Assembly: GCA_900550165.1 (NCBI GenBank)
Contig: URQY01000004.1
Span: 12,282 to 76,281 of the forward strand
Direction of reading: 5' to 3'
DNA from: an uncultured Eubacteriales bacterium
GTDB lineage: Bacteria; Bacillota; Clostridia; Oscillospirales; Oscillospiraceae
DNA length: 64,000 nt
The translations under genes and the position numbers were made by a program. Position 1 is the stretch's first letter; every line of letters starts with the position of its first letter. This document shows, in pieces, positions 47,632 to 56,555 of this stretch. The notes under the pieces are model-generated. The model saw only the letters and a program-made list of their open reading frames with translations, ran no database searches and was not told where the DNA came from.

Positions 47632-50600
47632 ATGGCACAGGGAATGCAGAAGCTGAATGAAGCGCTCGCCTCGCTGCCCGAGGTGCGCGAGCTGCTGCTC
47701 TCGCTCGACGCGGGCACCTCTCCCATCGCCGTGTCGGGCCTTTCGGGTGTGCACCGCGCGCAGCTTGCCGCCGCCGTGCGGCAGAAGACGCAGCGCGCCC
47801 TTTTGGTCATCTGCGCGGACGAAAATGAGGCGAACCGCATGGCAGGCGACCTGCACGAGCTGCTCGGCGAGGACGTGAGCCTTCTCTTCGCGCGCGAATG
47901 GCAGCTGCGCGACCGCGTGTCCGCCTCCCACGGCTGGGAGCAGCAGCGCATCGGCACGCTGTGCAGTCTGGCCGTCGGCCGATCGCCCATTCTGGTCGCA
48001 ACGGTCGACGCGCTGATGCAGCGCACGCTCCCGTCCGAGGTCCTGCGCGGCGCGGTGACGGAGATCAAGGTCGGCGCGCGCTTCGACCTTGCCGCGCTTT
48101 CCAAAAAGCTTGTCGAGATCGGCTATGTCCGCGCGGAAACGGTCGAAGGCGTGGGCCAGTTCGCCCTGCGCGGCGGGATTTTGGATATCTACTCGCCGCT
48201 CAGCGCGCCCGTGCGCGTCGAATTCTTTGACGACGAGGTCGACGCGATGGGCGAATTCGACCTCGCGACCCAGCGCCGCACGCAGAACGTCAAGACGCTC
48301 ACCGTCCTGCCCGCGGCGGAGGTGCTGCCCGCGCTCTCGGACGGCGGGCGCGAAGCAATGCTCGAGCGCCTCTCCCACGCGGCGCAGAAGCTCGAAAAAA
48401 AAGCGGCGGACAGTCCCATCGTCCAAACGCTGCGCGGCGATATCGAGCGGCTATCCAATGACCTGCCGCTCGGCGGCATGGACCGGTATCTGGCCGCGTG
48501 CTACCCCACGGAGGTCTGCGCGCTCGACTATCTCGCGCCCGACACGCTTGCGGTCGTGAGCGACGGGATGCGCGTGCTGGAGCGCGGCAAAAATTACCAC
48601 TGGGAGCTTTCCGAGGACGTAAAGCCCCTCATCGAAGAGGGCGTTCTCTGCGGAGAGTTTGCTTCGCTCGCGCTCAGCCAGGAGGCGCTCAGCCACCGGC
48701 TCGCGGACTTTCCCGTGCTGCTGCTCGACGCGCTGCCGACCTCGCGCAATCTGCTCGCGCCGCGCGTGCTGCTCAGCATGAACGCGCGTTCGCTGCCGAG
48801 CTATGGCGGCAGTCTTGAGACCGCCGCGGGCGATATGGAGCGCTATCTCGGCGCGGGCTGCGGCGTGCTCGTCCTCTGCGGCAACGAAACGCGCGCGAAG
48901 AACTTCCAGCGCCTTTTGGAGGAGCGAAACATCCGCGCGCAGCTCAACCTGAAAAACGACCGCCTGCCCGCCCCGCACGAGACCGTCATCGGCCTCGGCG
49001 CGCTCAGCGCGGGCAGCGAATATCCCCAACTGAAGCTCGTCATCCTGACCGAGGGCCAGCTCACCGCTCCCCTTTCCGGCAAACGGGCAAAAGCAAAGCC
49101 GAAAAAGGAGACGTCCGCGCGCGCCGCACTGCGGTCCTACGAAGACCTCTCCCCCGGCGATCTCGTCGTGCACGTGCACCACGGCATCGGCCGCTTCGCG
49201 GGCATCGAGCGGATGCGCGTGGACGGCGTGGATAAGGACTATATCAAGATCTGCTACGCGGGCAACGACAGCCTGTATGTCCCCGCCACGCAGCTCGACA
49301 TGGTGTCGAAATACATCGGCGGCCACGGCGAGGACGAGGACGGTCAGCAGCGCGCCAAGCTCTCAAAGCTCGGCGGCACGGACTGGTCGCGCGCCAAGAC
49401 GAAGGCGCGCGCCGCGGCGAAGGATCTTGCCAAGGGACTCATCGCGCTCTACGCCGAGCGCCAGCGTCGCCCGGGCTTCGCCTTTTCGCCCGACTCCCCG
49501 TGGCAGAAGGAATTCGAAGACGCTTTCGACTACGAAGAGACCGACGATCAGCTGCGCGCCATCGCCGAAATCAAGGGCGACATGGAGCGCACAACGCCGA
49601 TGGACCGCCTGCTCTGCGGCGACGTGGGCTACGGCAAGACCGAGGTCGCGCTGCGCGCGGTGATGAAGTGCGTGCTCGACGGCAAGCAGGCGGCGATCTT
49701 AGTGCCGACCACGGTGCTCGCCCAGCAGCACTATGCGACCGCCATCAACCGCTTCCGCTCGTTCCCCGTGCACATCGAGGTGCTATCGCGCTTCAAAACG
49801 CCGGCGCAGAAGAAACAAATTTTGCAGGACGCGGCCGCGGGAAAGATCGATCTTCTCATCGGCACGCACTCGCTGCTGCAAAAGAGCCTGCACTTCAAGG
49901 ACTTGGGGCTTCTCGTCATCGACGAGGAGCAGCGCTTCGGCGTGACGCACAAAGAAAAGCTCAAGGAGCTTTCCCGTCAGGTCGACACGCTGACGCTCTC
50001 GGCAACGCCGATCCCCCGCACGCTCAACATGGCGCTCTCGGGTCTGCGCGATATGTCGACCATCGAGGTCCCGCCCGTCGACCGCCAGCCGGTGCAGACC
50101 TATGTCCTCGAGCACAACTGGGGCATCATTGCTGACGCCATCCGGCGCGAGCTTGCCCGCGGCGGGCAGGTCTACTATATGCACAACCGCGTGGAGACCA
50201 TCGACCGCTGCGCAGCGACACTCAAAAAGCTCCTCGGCGAAGAGGTCTCGATCGGCGTCGCCCACGGAAAAATGGACGAAAAGGGTTTATCGGCCGTGAT
50301 GCAGCAGCTCTCGGACGGAGAGCTTCAGGTGCTCGTCTGCACGACCATCATCGAAACGGGCATCGACATCCCCAACGTCAACACCCTCATCATTGAGGAC
50401 GCCGACCGCCTCGGCCTCGCCCAGCTCCACCAGATCAGAGGGCGCATCGGCCGCAGCGCAAGAAGAGCCTACGCCTACATGACCTACCGCGCGGGCAAAA
50501 TTCTCACGGAGGTCGCCGCCAAGCGCCTCACCGCCATCCGCGAGTACGCGGAGTTCGGCTCGGGCTTTCGCATCGCGATGCGCGATCTTGAAATTCGCGG

Positions 50601-51195
50601 CGCGGGCAACCTGCTCGGCCCCGAGCAGTCGGGCTATATGATGAGCGTCGGCTACGATATGTACTTGCAGCTCCTGGAAGAAGCGGTGCTCGAGCAGCGC
50701 GGCGAAAAAGCGCCGCAGCGCACCGAGTGCTCGGCAGACCTCACGGTTTCGGCCAACCTGCCCGAGAGCTACATCCCCTCGGGCGAGCAGCGCATGGACA
50801 TCTACCGCCGCATCGCGGCGCTGCGCACGGCCGAGCAGTCGCAGGAGCTGCTCGATGAACTCATCGACCGCTACGGCGAGCCGCCGCAGCCTGTTTTGAA
50901 GCTCATGGACGTCGCGCTTCTGCGCGCGGAGGCGGCGCAGACCGGCATCTGCGATATCTCGCAGCGCGGCAGTGAGATCACCTTCACCTTCGCCGCGTCC
51001 GAGGCCGTGCCCGTGGAGGCTGTGATGGCGCTCTGCTCGCTGCCGAAAAACAAGCGCCGGCTCACCCTGTCCGCCACCGGAGCGGGGCCGAAGCTGCTGC
51101 TGCGCCTCGCGCCGAACGAGGACGCGCTCGAAAGTGCCTTGACGCTGGTCGGAGACCTGCGTGTGAATAAGGAAGAAAACGAAAAGAAGAGGTAA
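47632..51195 (+). CDS. mfd: Transcription-repair coupling factor
   Basis: CarD-like VVHVHHGIG, GDVGYGKTE, DEEQRFG, TRCF C-terminus. Confidence 0.96.
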   Translation: MAQGMQKLNEALASLPEVRELLLSLDAGTSPIAVSGLSGVHRAQLAAAVRQKTQRALLVICADENEANRMAGDLHELLGEDVSLLFAREWQLRDRVSASHGWEQQRIGTLCSLAVGRSPILVATVDALMQRTLPSEVLRGAVTEIKVGARFDLAALSKKLVEIGYVRAETVEGVGQFALRGGILDIYSPLSAPVRVEFFDDEVDAMGEFDLATQRRTQNVKTLTVLPAAEVLPALSDGGREAMLERLSHAAQKLEKKAADSPIVQTLRGDIERLSNDLPLGGMDRYLAACYPTEVCALDYLAPDTLAVVSDGMRVLERGKNYHWELSEDVKPLIEEGVLCGEFASLALSQEALSHRLADFPVLLLDALPTSRNLLAPRVLLSMNARSLPSYGGSLETAAGDMERYLGAGCGVLVLCGNETRAKNFQRLLEERNIRAQLNLKNDRLPAPHETVIGLGALSAGSEYPQLKLVILTEGQLTAPLSGKRAKAKPKKETSARAALRSYEDLSPGDLVVHVHHGIGRFAGIERMRVDGVDKDYIKICYAGNDSLYVPATQLDMVSKYIGGHGEDEDGQQRAKLSKLGGTDWSRAKTKARAAAKDLAKGLIALYAERQRRPGFAFSPDSPWQKEFEDAFDYEETDDQLRAIAEIKGDMERTTPMDRLLCGDVGYGKTEVALRAVMKCVLDGKQAAILVPTTVLAQQHYATAINRFRSFPVHIEVLSRFKTPAQKKQILQDAAAGKIDLLIGTHSLLQKSLHFKDLGLLVIDEEQRFGVTHKEKLKELSRQVDTLTLSATPIPRTLNMALSGLRDMSTIEVPPVDRQPVQTYVLEHNWGIIADAIRRELARGGQVYYMHNRVETIDRCAATLKKLLGEEVSIGVAHGKMDEKGLSAVMQQLSDGELQVLVCTTIIETGIDIPNVNTLIIEDADRLGLAQLHQIRGRIGRSARRAYAYMTYRAGKILTEVAAKRLTAIREYAEFGSGFRIAMRDLEIRGAGNLLGPEQSGYMMSVGYDMYLQLLEEAVLEQRGEKAPQRTECSADLTVSANLPESYIPSGEQRMDIYRRIAALRTAEQSQELLDELIDRYGEPPQPVLKLMDVALLRAEAAQTGICDISQRGSEITFTFAASEAVPVEAVMALCSLPKNKRRLTLSATGAGPKLLLRLAPNEDALESALTLVGDLRVNKEENEKKR

Positions 51196-51199
51196 CATT

Positions 51200-52318
51200 A
51201 TGCTGAAAAAGAGAATTCTCTCATTCCTCGGCGCAGCGGCTGTCACCGCGGCGCTCACCTTCGCCGTCGTGAGCGTGTCTCCCTCGAACGGCTTCACCTC
51301 CGGCTCGCTGCAGGAGGGCATGAGCTACGACACCTGCGGCGTCTCGCCCGACGCGGTCGTCGCCTCCGTGGACGGCAACGGCGCGACCGCCGACCTGATC
51401 ACCTATTGGATCGGCTACAGCGCCTCGTATCTCGACACATATATGCAGTATTACGGCGGCGGCGCGCTCGACTGGAGCTACACCATGTCCGACGGCACGA
51501 CCATGTCCGACTACATCAAAAACGACGTGCTCTCCACCGTCAAGCAGGAGCTCGTCATCGAAAATCTCGCCGAGCAGTACGGCGTGACGCTCACCGACGA
51601 GCAGGAGGCCGCCATCGAGTCCGACGAGCAGAGCTTCATCGAGCAGTACGGCGGCGAGGAGGGCTTTGCCGCCGAGCTCGCCAAGCTCGGCCTGCGCCGC
51701 GAGACCTACGAGCGCATCACCCGCGCTAATTACCTTTATCAGAATCTCTATCAGCTCTATCAGACCGAGGGCAGCGCGCTGTACGCCTCCGACGAGGACC
51801 TCGCCGTCTACGCTGCCGACCAGGGCTACATCACGGCTGACCACATCCTGCTCGCCACCAAGGACACCGCCACGGGCGAGGCGCTGAGCGACGAGCAGAA
51901 GGCCGAAAAGAAGGCCCTTGCTGAGGAGCTTGCCGAAAAGCTCAGAAGCTACACGGGCGACGATCTCGCCTCCTACTTCGCCGAGCTTGCCGACGAGTAC
52001 AGCGAGGACCCCGGCCGCGCCTCCTATCCCTCGGGCTACACCTTCACCACCGGCTCGATGGTGCAGGAGTTTGAGGATGCGGCCTACGCCCTCTCTGAGG
52101 GCGAGGTGAGCGATATCGTGGAGTCGAGCTTCGGCTACCACATCCTGCTCCGCCTGCCGCTCGACAAGGCCGCCGCAGCCGAGACCGTCCGCGAGGACTA
52201 CTTCTCGAGCCTCATCGACGAGCAGATGGACAAGGCCAAAGCCGCCACGAGCGCAGACTATGACAAGCTCGACCCGCAGGCACTGTACGAGGCGATCGTC
52301 GCCGCACAAGCGGAGTAA
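51200..52318 (+). CDS. Secreted parvulin-type peptidyl-prolyl isomerase (PrsA-like)
   Basis: ADHIL, YSEDPG, MVQEFEDAA, SSFGYHI; follows mfd. Confidence 0.85.
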   Translation: MLKKRILSFLGAAAVTAALTFAVVSVSPSNGFTSGSLQEGMSYDTCGVSPDAVVASVDGNGATADLITYWIGYSASYLDTYMQYYGGGALDWSYTMSDGTTMSDYIKNDVLSTVKQELVIENLAEQYGVTLTDEQEAAIESDEQSFIEQYGGEEGFAAELAKLGLRRETYERITRANYLYQNLYQLYQTEGSALYASDEDLAVYAADQGYITADHILLATKDTATGEALSDEQKAEKKALAEELAEKLRSYTGDDLASYFAELADEYSEDPGRASYPSGYTFTTGSMVQEFEDAAYALSEGEVSDIVESSFGYHILLRLPLDKAAAAETVREDYFSSLIDEQMDKAKAATSADYDKLDPQALYEAIVAAQAE

Positions 52319-52349
52319 CGATCGTTCTCCGCGACAGCACATATGACCC

Positions 52350-52389
52350 AAAGGGGGCGCTCTCTTTTGCAAAAGAGAGCGCCCCCTTT
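52350..52389. repeat. REP-like palindrome, copy 2 (perfect, 40 bp)
   Basis: AAAGGGGGCGCTCTCTTTTG|CAAAAGAGAGCGCCCCCTTT. Confidence 0.8.
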
Positions 52390-52449
52390 GATGCGTCCTG
52401 CGGCCCTCGGGCGCGAAAATCCGCCTTTGGTGCAATTTATTCACCGTTT

Positions 52450-52467
52450 TTGTTAAATCATTAACGA
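52450..52467. promoter_or_regulatory. Putative Rex operator upstream of thiolase
   Basis: TTGTTAAATCATTAACGA; one mismatch to clostridial TTGTTAA-N4-TTAACAA. Confidence 0.6.
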
Positions 52468-52605
52468 AATGAAAGAAAAAAATCATAGTTTATACAATTT
52501 TGCGCAACTTTGCAGTTGATTTTTCATTTTTGCGTGTGTATAATCGGAATCGAAGAAAACCGGTATTCCCCAACCGGATCTGAAATTATTTTAAGGAGAA
52601 CAAAC

Positions 52606-53865
52606 ATGAAAGAATTGTACGTCGTCAATTGCTGCCGTACCGCTGTCGGTTCCTTCGGCGGTTCCCTCAAGAACACCCCCGCCGCTCAGCTCGGCTCCAT
52701 TGTCGTGAAGGAAGCCCTCAAGCGCGCGAATGTCGCTCCCGAGAACGTCGATGAGCTGATGTTCGGCTGCATCCTGACCTCCGGCCTCGGCCAGAACGTC
52801 GCCCGTCAGGTCGGCGTGGGCGCCGGTCTTCCCTACTCCGTTCCCGCCTACACCGTCGGCATGGTCTGCGGCTCGGGCATGAAGTCCGTCATCGAGGCCG
52901 GCCGCGCCATCCTCGCCGGCGACGCCGACATCGTTGTCTGCGGCGGCACCGAGAACATGAGCGCCGCTCCCTTCGCTGCTCCCGATGCCCGCTGGGGCGC
53001 TCGCATGGGCGACAAGAAGCTGGTCGACACCATGATCAAGGACGGCCTGTGGGATGCGTTCAACAACTACCACATGGGCACCACTGCCGAGAACATCTGC
53101 GATGTTTGGGGCATCACCCGCGAAGAGCTCGACGCCTTCGGCGCCGCCTCCCAGCAGAAGACTGAGGCTGCGCAGGCCGCCGGCCGTTTCGATGACGAGA
53201 TCGTTCCCGTCCCCGTGAAGGTCAAGAAGGAGATCGTCGAGTTCAAGAAGGACGAGTTCCCCCGCGCCGGCTCCACCGCCGAGGGTCTTGCCAAGCTGAA
53301 GGGCGCGTTCCCTGTCGGTCCCGAGGGCGTTGAGGACGAGATCGTCCACACCTTCGAGCCCACCGGCATCCACGAGGCCGACACCAAGAAGCACGTCCAG
53401 CGCGTCACCGCCGGCAATGCCTCCGGCATCAACGACGGCGCTGCCGCTATCGTTCTCGCCTCCGGCGAGGCCGTTGAGAAGTACGGCCTCAAGCCCATGG
53501 CCAAGCTCATCGGCTGGGGTCAGGGCGGCGTCGACCCGAAGATCATGGGCGTCGGCCCCGTGCCCGCTTCCCGTCAGGCCATGAAGAAGGCCGGCGTGAC
53601 CATCGACGATATCGACCTCGTCGAGGCCAACGAAGCCTTCGCCGCGCAGTCCATCGCTGTCGCCCGTGAGCTCGGCTTTGACATGAACAAGGTCAACGTC
53701 AACGGCGGCGCGATCTCTATCGGCCACCCCGTCGGCGCTTCCGGCGCCCGCATCATCGTCACCCTGCTGCACGAGATGCTCAAGCGCGACGACGCCAAGA
53801 AGGGTCTTGCCACCCTCTGCATCGGCGGCGGCCAGGGCGTTGCCACCGTGTTCGAGAAGTGCTAA
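52606..53865 (+). CDS. thlA: Acetyl-CoA acetyltransferase (thiolase)
   Basis: VCGSG, NEAFA, GHPVGASG, CIGGGQG. Confidence 0.94.
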   Translation: MKELYVVNCCRTAVGSFGGSLKNTPAAQLGSIVVKEALKRANVAPENVDELMFGCILTSGLGQNVARQVGVGAGLPYSVPAYTVGMVCGSGMKSVIEAGRAILAGDADIVVCGGTENMSAAPFAAPDARWGARMGDKKLVDTMIKDGLWDAFNNYHMGTTAENICDVWGITREELDAFGAASQQKTEAAQAAGRFDDEIVPVPVKVKKEIVEFKKDEFPRAGSTAEGLAKLKGAFPVGPEGVEDEIVHTFEPTGIHEADTKKHVQRVTAGNASGINDGAAAIVLASGEAVEKYGLKPMAKLIGWGQGGVDPKIMGVGPVPASRQAMKKAGVTIDDIDLVEANEAFAAQSIAVARELGFDMNKVNVNGGAISIGHPVGASGARIIVTLLHEMLKRDDAKKGLATLCIGGGQGVATVFEKC

Positions 53866-53963
53866 AAAACGCTTTGCTTCCCCCGGGAAGCTGCAAAAAA
53901 GGAAACGACCGCTTCGGCGGTCGTTTCCTTTTTCTTTTCTCGTGCGGAAAGGCGGAAGGCATC

Positions 53964-54695
53964 TCACGCAAAAAGGCTTGCCGCGCGGTAGAGGTACACC
54001 AGCTCCATGACGCTCAGCACCGCCATCCCGACGGCGGCCGCCGCCGCGACGAGCAGCAGGGACGTGCTGCCGAAAACGATGAAATACATCCCCTGCGACA
54101 CGGTGAGCATCAGCATCAGGACGAGGCACGCGCCGAACAGCACAACGAGCACGACCGTCCAGGTGCGCAGCACGAGCCATTTGCCCGCAAAGATCTCGTC
54201 CGAGCCGTTGAAGGCCTCGGCGCAGGCGGTAAACTCCTGATACCGCGCCGCGATGTCAACGCCCAGAACGACGGCAAGCAGCGCAATGAGGGCGGCGCTC
54301 ACCGCGCCGATATCGGTCTCGCCGAGTGACCCCGTCATGTCCGAGAGATCGATCCAGGCAAGCAGCGGCGACGCCGCAACGGAGACGATGTTCCACAGCG
54401 CCGCCTTGCGGAAGCGCGGCACGGCATCGGCCATCCTCCACAGCACGGCGATCATCAGCGCACCCACGACAAACGAGGCAAGGACCAGCGGCACGCGCAG
54501 CGCGGGGATGCGCTCCCCCAGCCGGAGGGAATTGCTCAAAAGGTTGACAAGCATCGACGCGATGCCCAGCCAGAACAGGCGTGCAAAACCCATGTGCAGC
54601 AGCGGCGCCTCCGGCCGCTCATGCGGCGGAATGAGCACGGGCGGCGCGATGGGGGTAAAGGTCGGGTCCTCATGGGGAACAAATTCATTTTCCAT
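53964..54695 (-). CDS. Hypothetical multi-pass membrane protein
   Basis: About 6 hydrophobic segments; RBS GAGGAG. Confidence 0.65.
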   Translation of the reverse strand: MENEFVPHEDPTFTPIAPPVLIPPHERPEAPLLHMGFARLFWLGIASMLVNLLSNSLRLGERIPALRVPLVLASFVVGALMIAVLWRMADAVPRFRKAALWNIVSVAASPLLAWIDLSDMTGSLGETDIGAVSAALIALLAVVLGVDIAARYQEFTACAEAFNGSDEIFAGKWLVLRTWTVVLVVLFGACLVLMLMLTVSQGMYFIVFGSTSLLLVAAAAAVGMAVLSVMELVYLYRAASLFA

Positions 54696-55013
54696 TTTTT
54701 GCTGCTCCTCTCTTCAATACTCTCTCTTTTCTCTCCCGGAGCTTCTCCGGTCAGCCTCATCGTATCAAAGGGGGCGGTACTTTGCAAGCAAGTTCAGGTT
54801 TACATTCCCCTTTTTCTCCCCGTTTTGATGTAACGTGCAGGTTGCATGACGGCAAATCGTCAAAATGAATTGTCATCATCAAATAATTGAATCAATTCTT
54901 GCAAAAGTTTCTGAAAATCCCTTGCTTTTGTGAAATGGCAACGCTATAATGGAAGAACCGTATGAAATCATTGAGGGGATCAATAACTAATATTTTGAGA
55001 GGAGATCTTTATC

Positions 55014-55988
55014 ATGGCAAAGTTCAAAGTATACTACACCATCGAGCTCAACGAGGTCGCCACGCACATCTTCGAGTCCAACGACTTTGAGGTGAAGCTG
55101 TGCAGCCACAACGACGAGGAGACCTATGTCAAGGAGCTCGCCGAGTTCCAGCCCGACGCCATCATGTGCCGCACCGAGCCCATCACCGCCAAGATGATGG
55201 ACACCTGCAAGAGCCTGAAGGTCATCGGCAAGCAGGGCGCCGGCCTCGATAACATCGACATGGACCACGCCCACGCCAAGGACATCACCGTTGTCTACGC
55301 GCCCGCCGGCAACGCCAACGCCGTCGCCGAGCATGCCGTCATGCTGATGCTCATGTGCGCCAAGCGCTTCACCTATGTTGACCGCCAGTTCCGCGGCGGC
55401 AACTTCCTCGTCCGTATGGGCATGGAGCACACCTACGAGCTCGGCGGCAAGACCCTCGGTATGATCGGCTGCGGCCGTATCTCCCAGCTCGCCATGCAGA
55501 AGTGCAAGTACGGCTTCGGCATGAACGTCATCGGCTACGATCCGTACCTCACTCAGGACAAGATCGGCGATCTGTGCGAGCTGAAGGCCACCGCCAAGGA
55601 GGTCTGGGAGCAGGCCGACTTCGTGTCCGTGCATCTGCCCGTCGTCCCCTCCACCGAGCATTCCATCGGCCGTGAGCAGTTCAGCTGGATGAAGCCCACC
55701 GCCTCCTTCATCAACTGCGCGCGCGGCGCTCTGATCAAGGAGAACGAGCTGGTCGAGTGCCTGAAGGACGGCACCCTGTTCCAGGCCGGTCTCGATGTGT
55801 TCGAGCACGAGCCCATCCAGGAGTCCAGCCGCGAGCTGTTCAACCTCGACAACGTCATCATGACCCCGCACATGGCCGCCACCACCGAGCAGAGCGTTCT
55901 GAACTGCTGCACCTCCGTTGCCAACGACATCGTCGCCGTCTGCAACGGCCAGGAGCCCAAGGTCAAGGCCCAGAAGCCCAAGTTCTAA
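55014..55988 (+). CDS. D-isomer-specific 2-hydroxyacid dehydrogenase (SerA-like, no ACT domain)
   Basis: GAGLDNID, GCGRIS, NCARG, DVFEHEP, TPHMA. Confidence 0.88.
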   Translation: MAKFKVYYTIELNEVATHIFESNDFEVKLCSHNDEETYVKELAEFQPDAIMCRTEPITAKMMDTCKSLKVIGKQGAGLDNIDMDHAHAKDITVVYAPAGNANAVAEHAVMLMLMCAKRFTYVDRQFRGGNFLVRMGMEHTYELGGKTLGMIGCGRISQLAMQKCKYGFGMNVIGYDPYLTQDKIGDLCELKATAKEVWEQADFVSVHLPVVPSTEHSIGREQFSWMKPTASFINCARGALIKENELVECLKDGTLFQAGLDVFEHEPIQESSRELFNLDNVIMTPHMAATTEQSVLNCCTSVANDIVAVCNGQEPKVKAQKPKF

Positions 55989-56095
55989 GTCATGTCCTTT
56001 CCCTGAGATCAGGCATCGCCGGACCGCTTTCCCGCAAGGGAAGGCGGTCCGCTTTTTTTGCGCCCGCGCTTCTCTGATATTTCGCTTGACAAACT

Positions 56096-56135
56096 ACGAC
56101 AAGTGTAGTATATAGTTATCAACGACAAATGTAGT
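56096..56135. promoter_or_regulatory. Two BlaI/CopY-type operators overlapping the blaI-like promoter
   Basis: ACGACAAGTGTAGT (56096) and ACGACAAATGTAGT (56122), variants of TACA-NN-TGTA; TTGACA at 56086. Confidence 0.75.
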
Positions 56136-56156
56136 AGTTTGCAAGGAGGTCATCCC

Positions 56157-56531
56157 ATGGACGAAAAAAAGAGGCTGCCGGACGCGGAGCTTTCGGTGAT
56201 GCAGGCCGTCTGGGACGTCGGCGGCGAGGTCGGCCGCGGCGATATCGAGGGCGCGCTCGCATCCCACGGCTGGAGCACCAACACCGTCAACACCTACCTC
56301 ACGCGCCTTTGCGACAAAGGCTTTCTCGCAAGCCGCCGCGAGGGGCGGAACAATTTGTACACGCCGCTCGTCTCAAGAGATAAGTATCTGGAATTCGAGA
56401 GCCGCAGCGTTCTGAAGCGGCTCTACGGCGGGTCGCTCGGCAGCTTTGTCGCGGCGCTGAACGCCGAGCAGCCGCTCGCGCAGAGCGAGATCGACGAGCT
56501 GCGGCAGTTTTTGGACGATATGAGCCGGTAA
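56157..56531 (+). CDS. BlaI/MecI/CopY-family repressor
   Basis: LPDAELSVMQAVW, WSTNTVNTYLTRLCDKG, YGGSLGSFV. Confidence 0.92.
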   Translation: MDEKKRLPDAELSVMQAVWDVGGEVGRGDIEGALASHGWSTNTVNTYLTRLCDKGFLASRREGRNNLYTPLVSRDKYLEFESRSVLKRLYGGSLGSFVAALNAEQPLAQSEIDELRQFLDDMSR

Positions 56532-56555
56532 ACGGCGGAAAAAGGAGGACGCACC

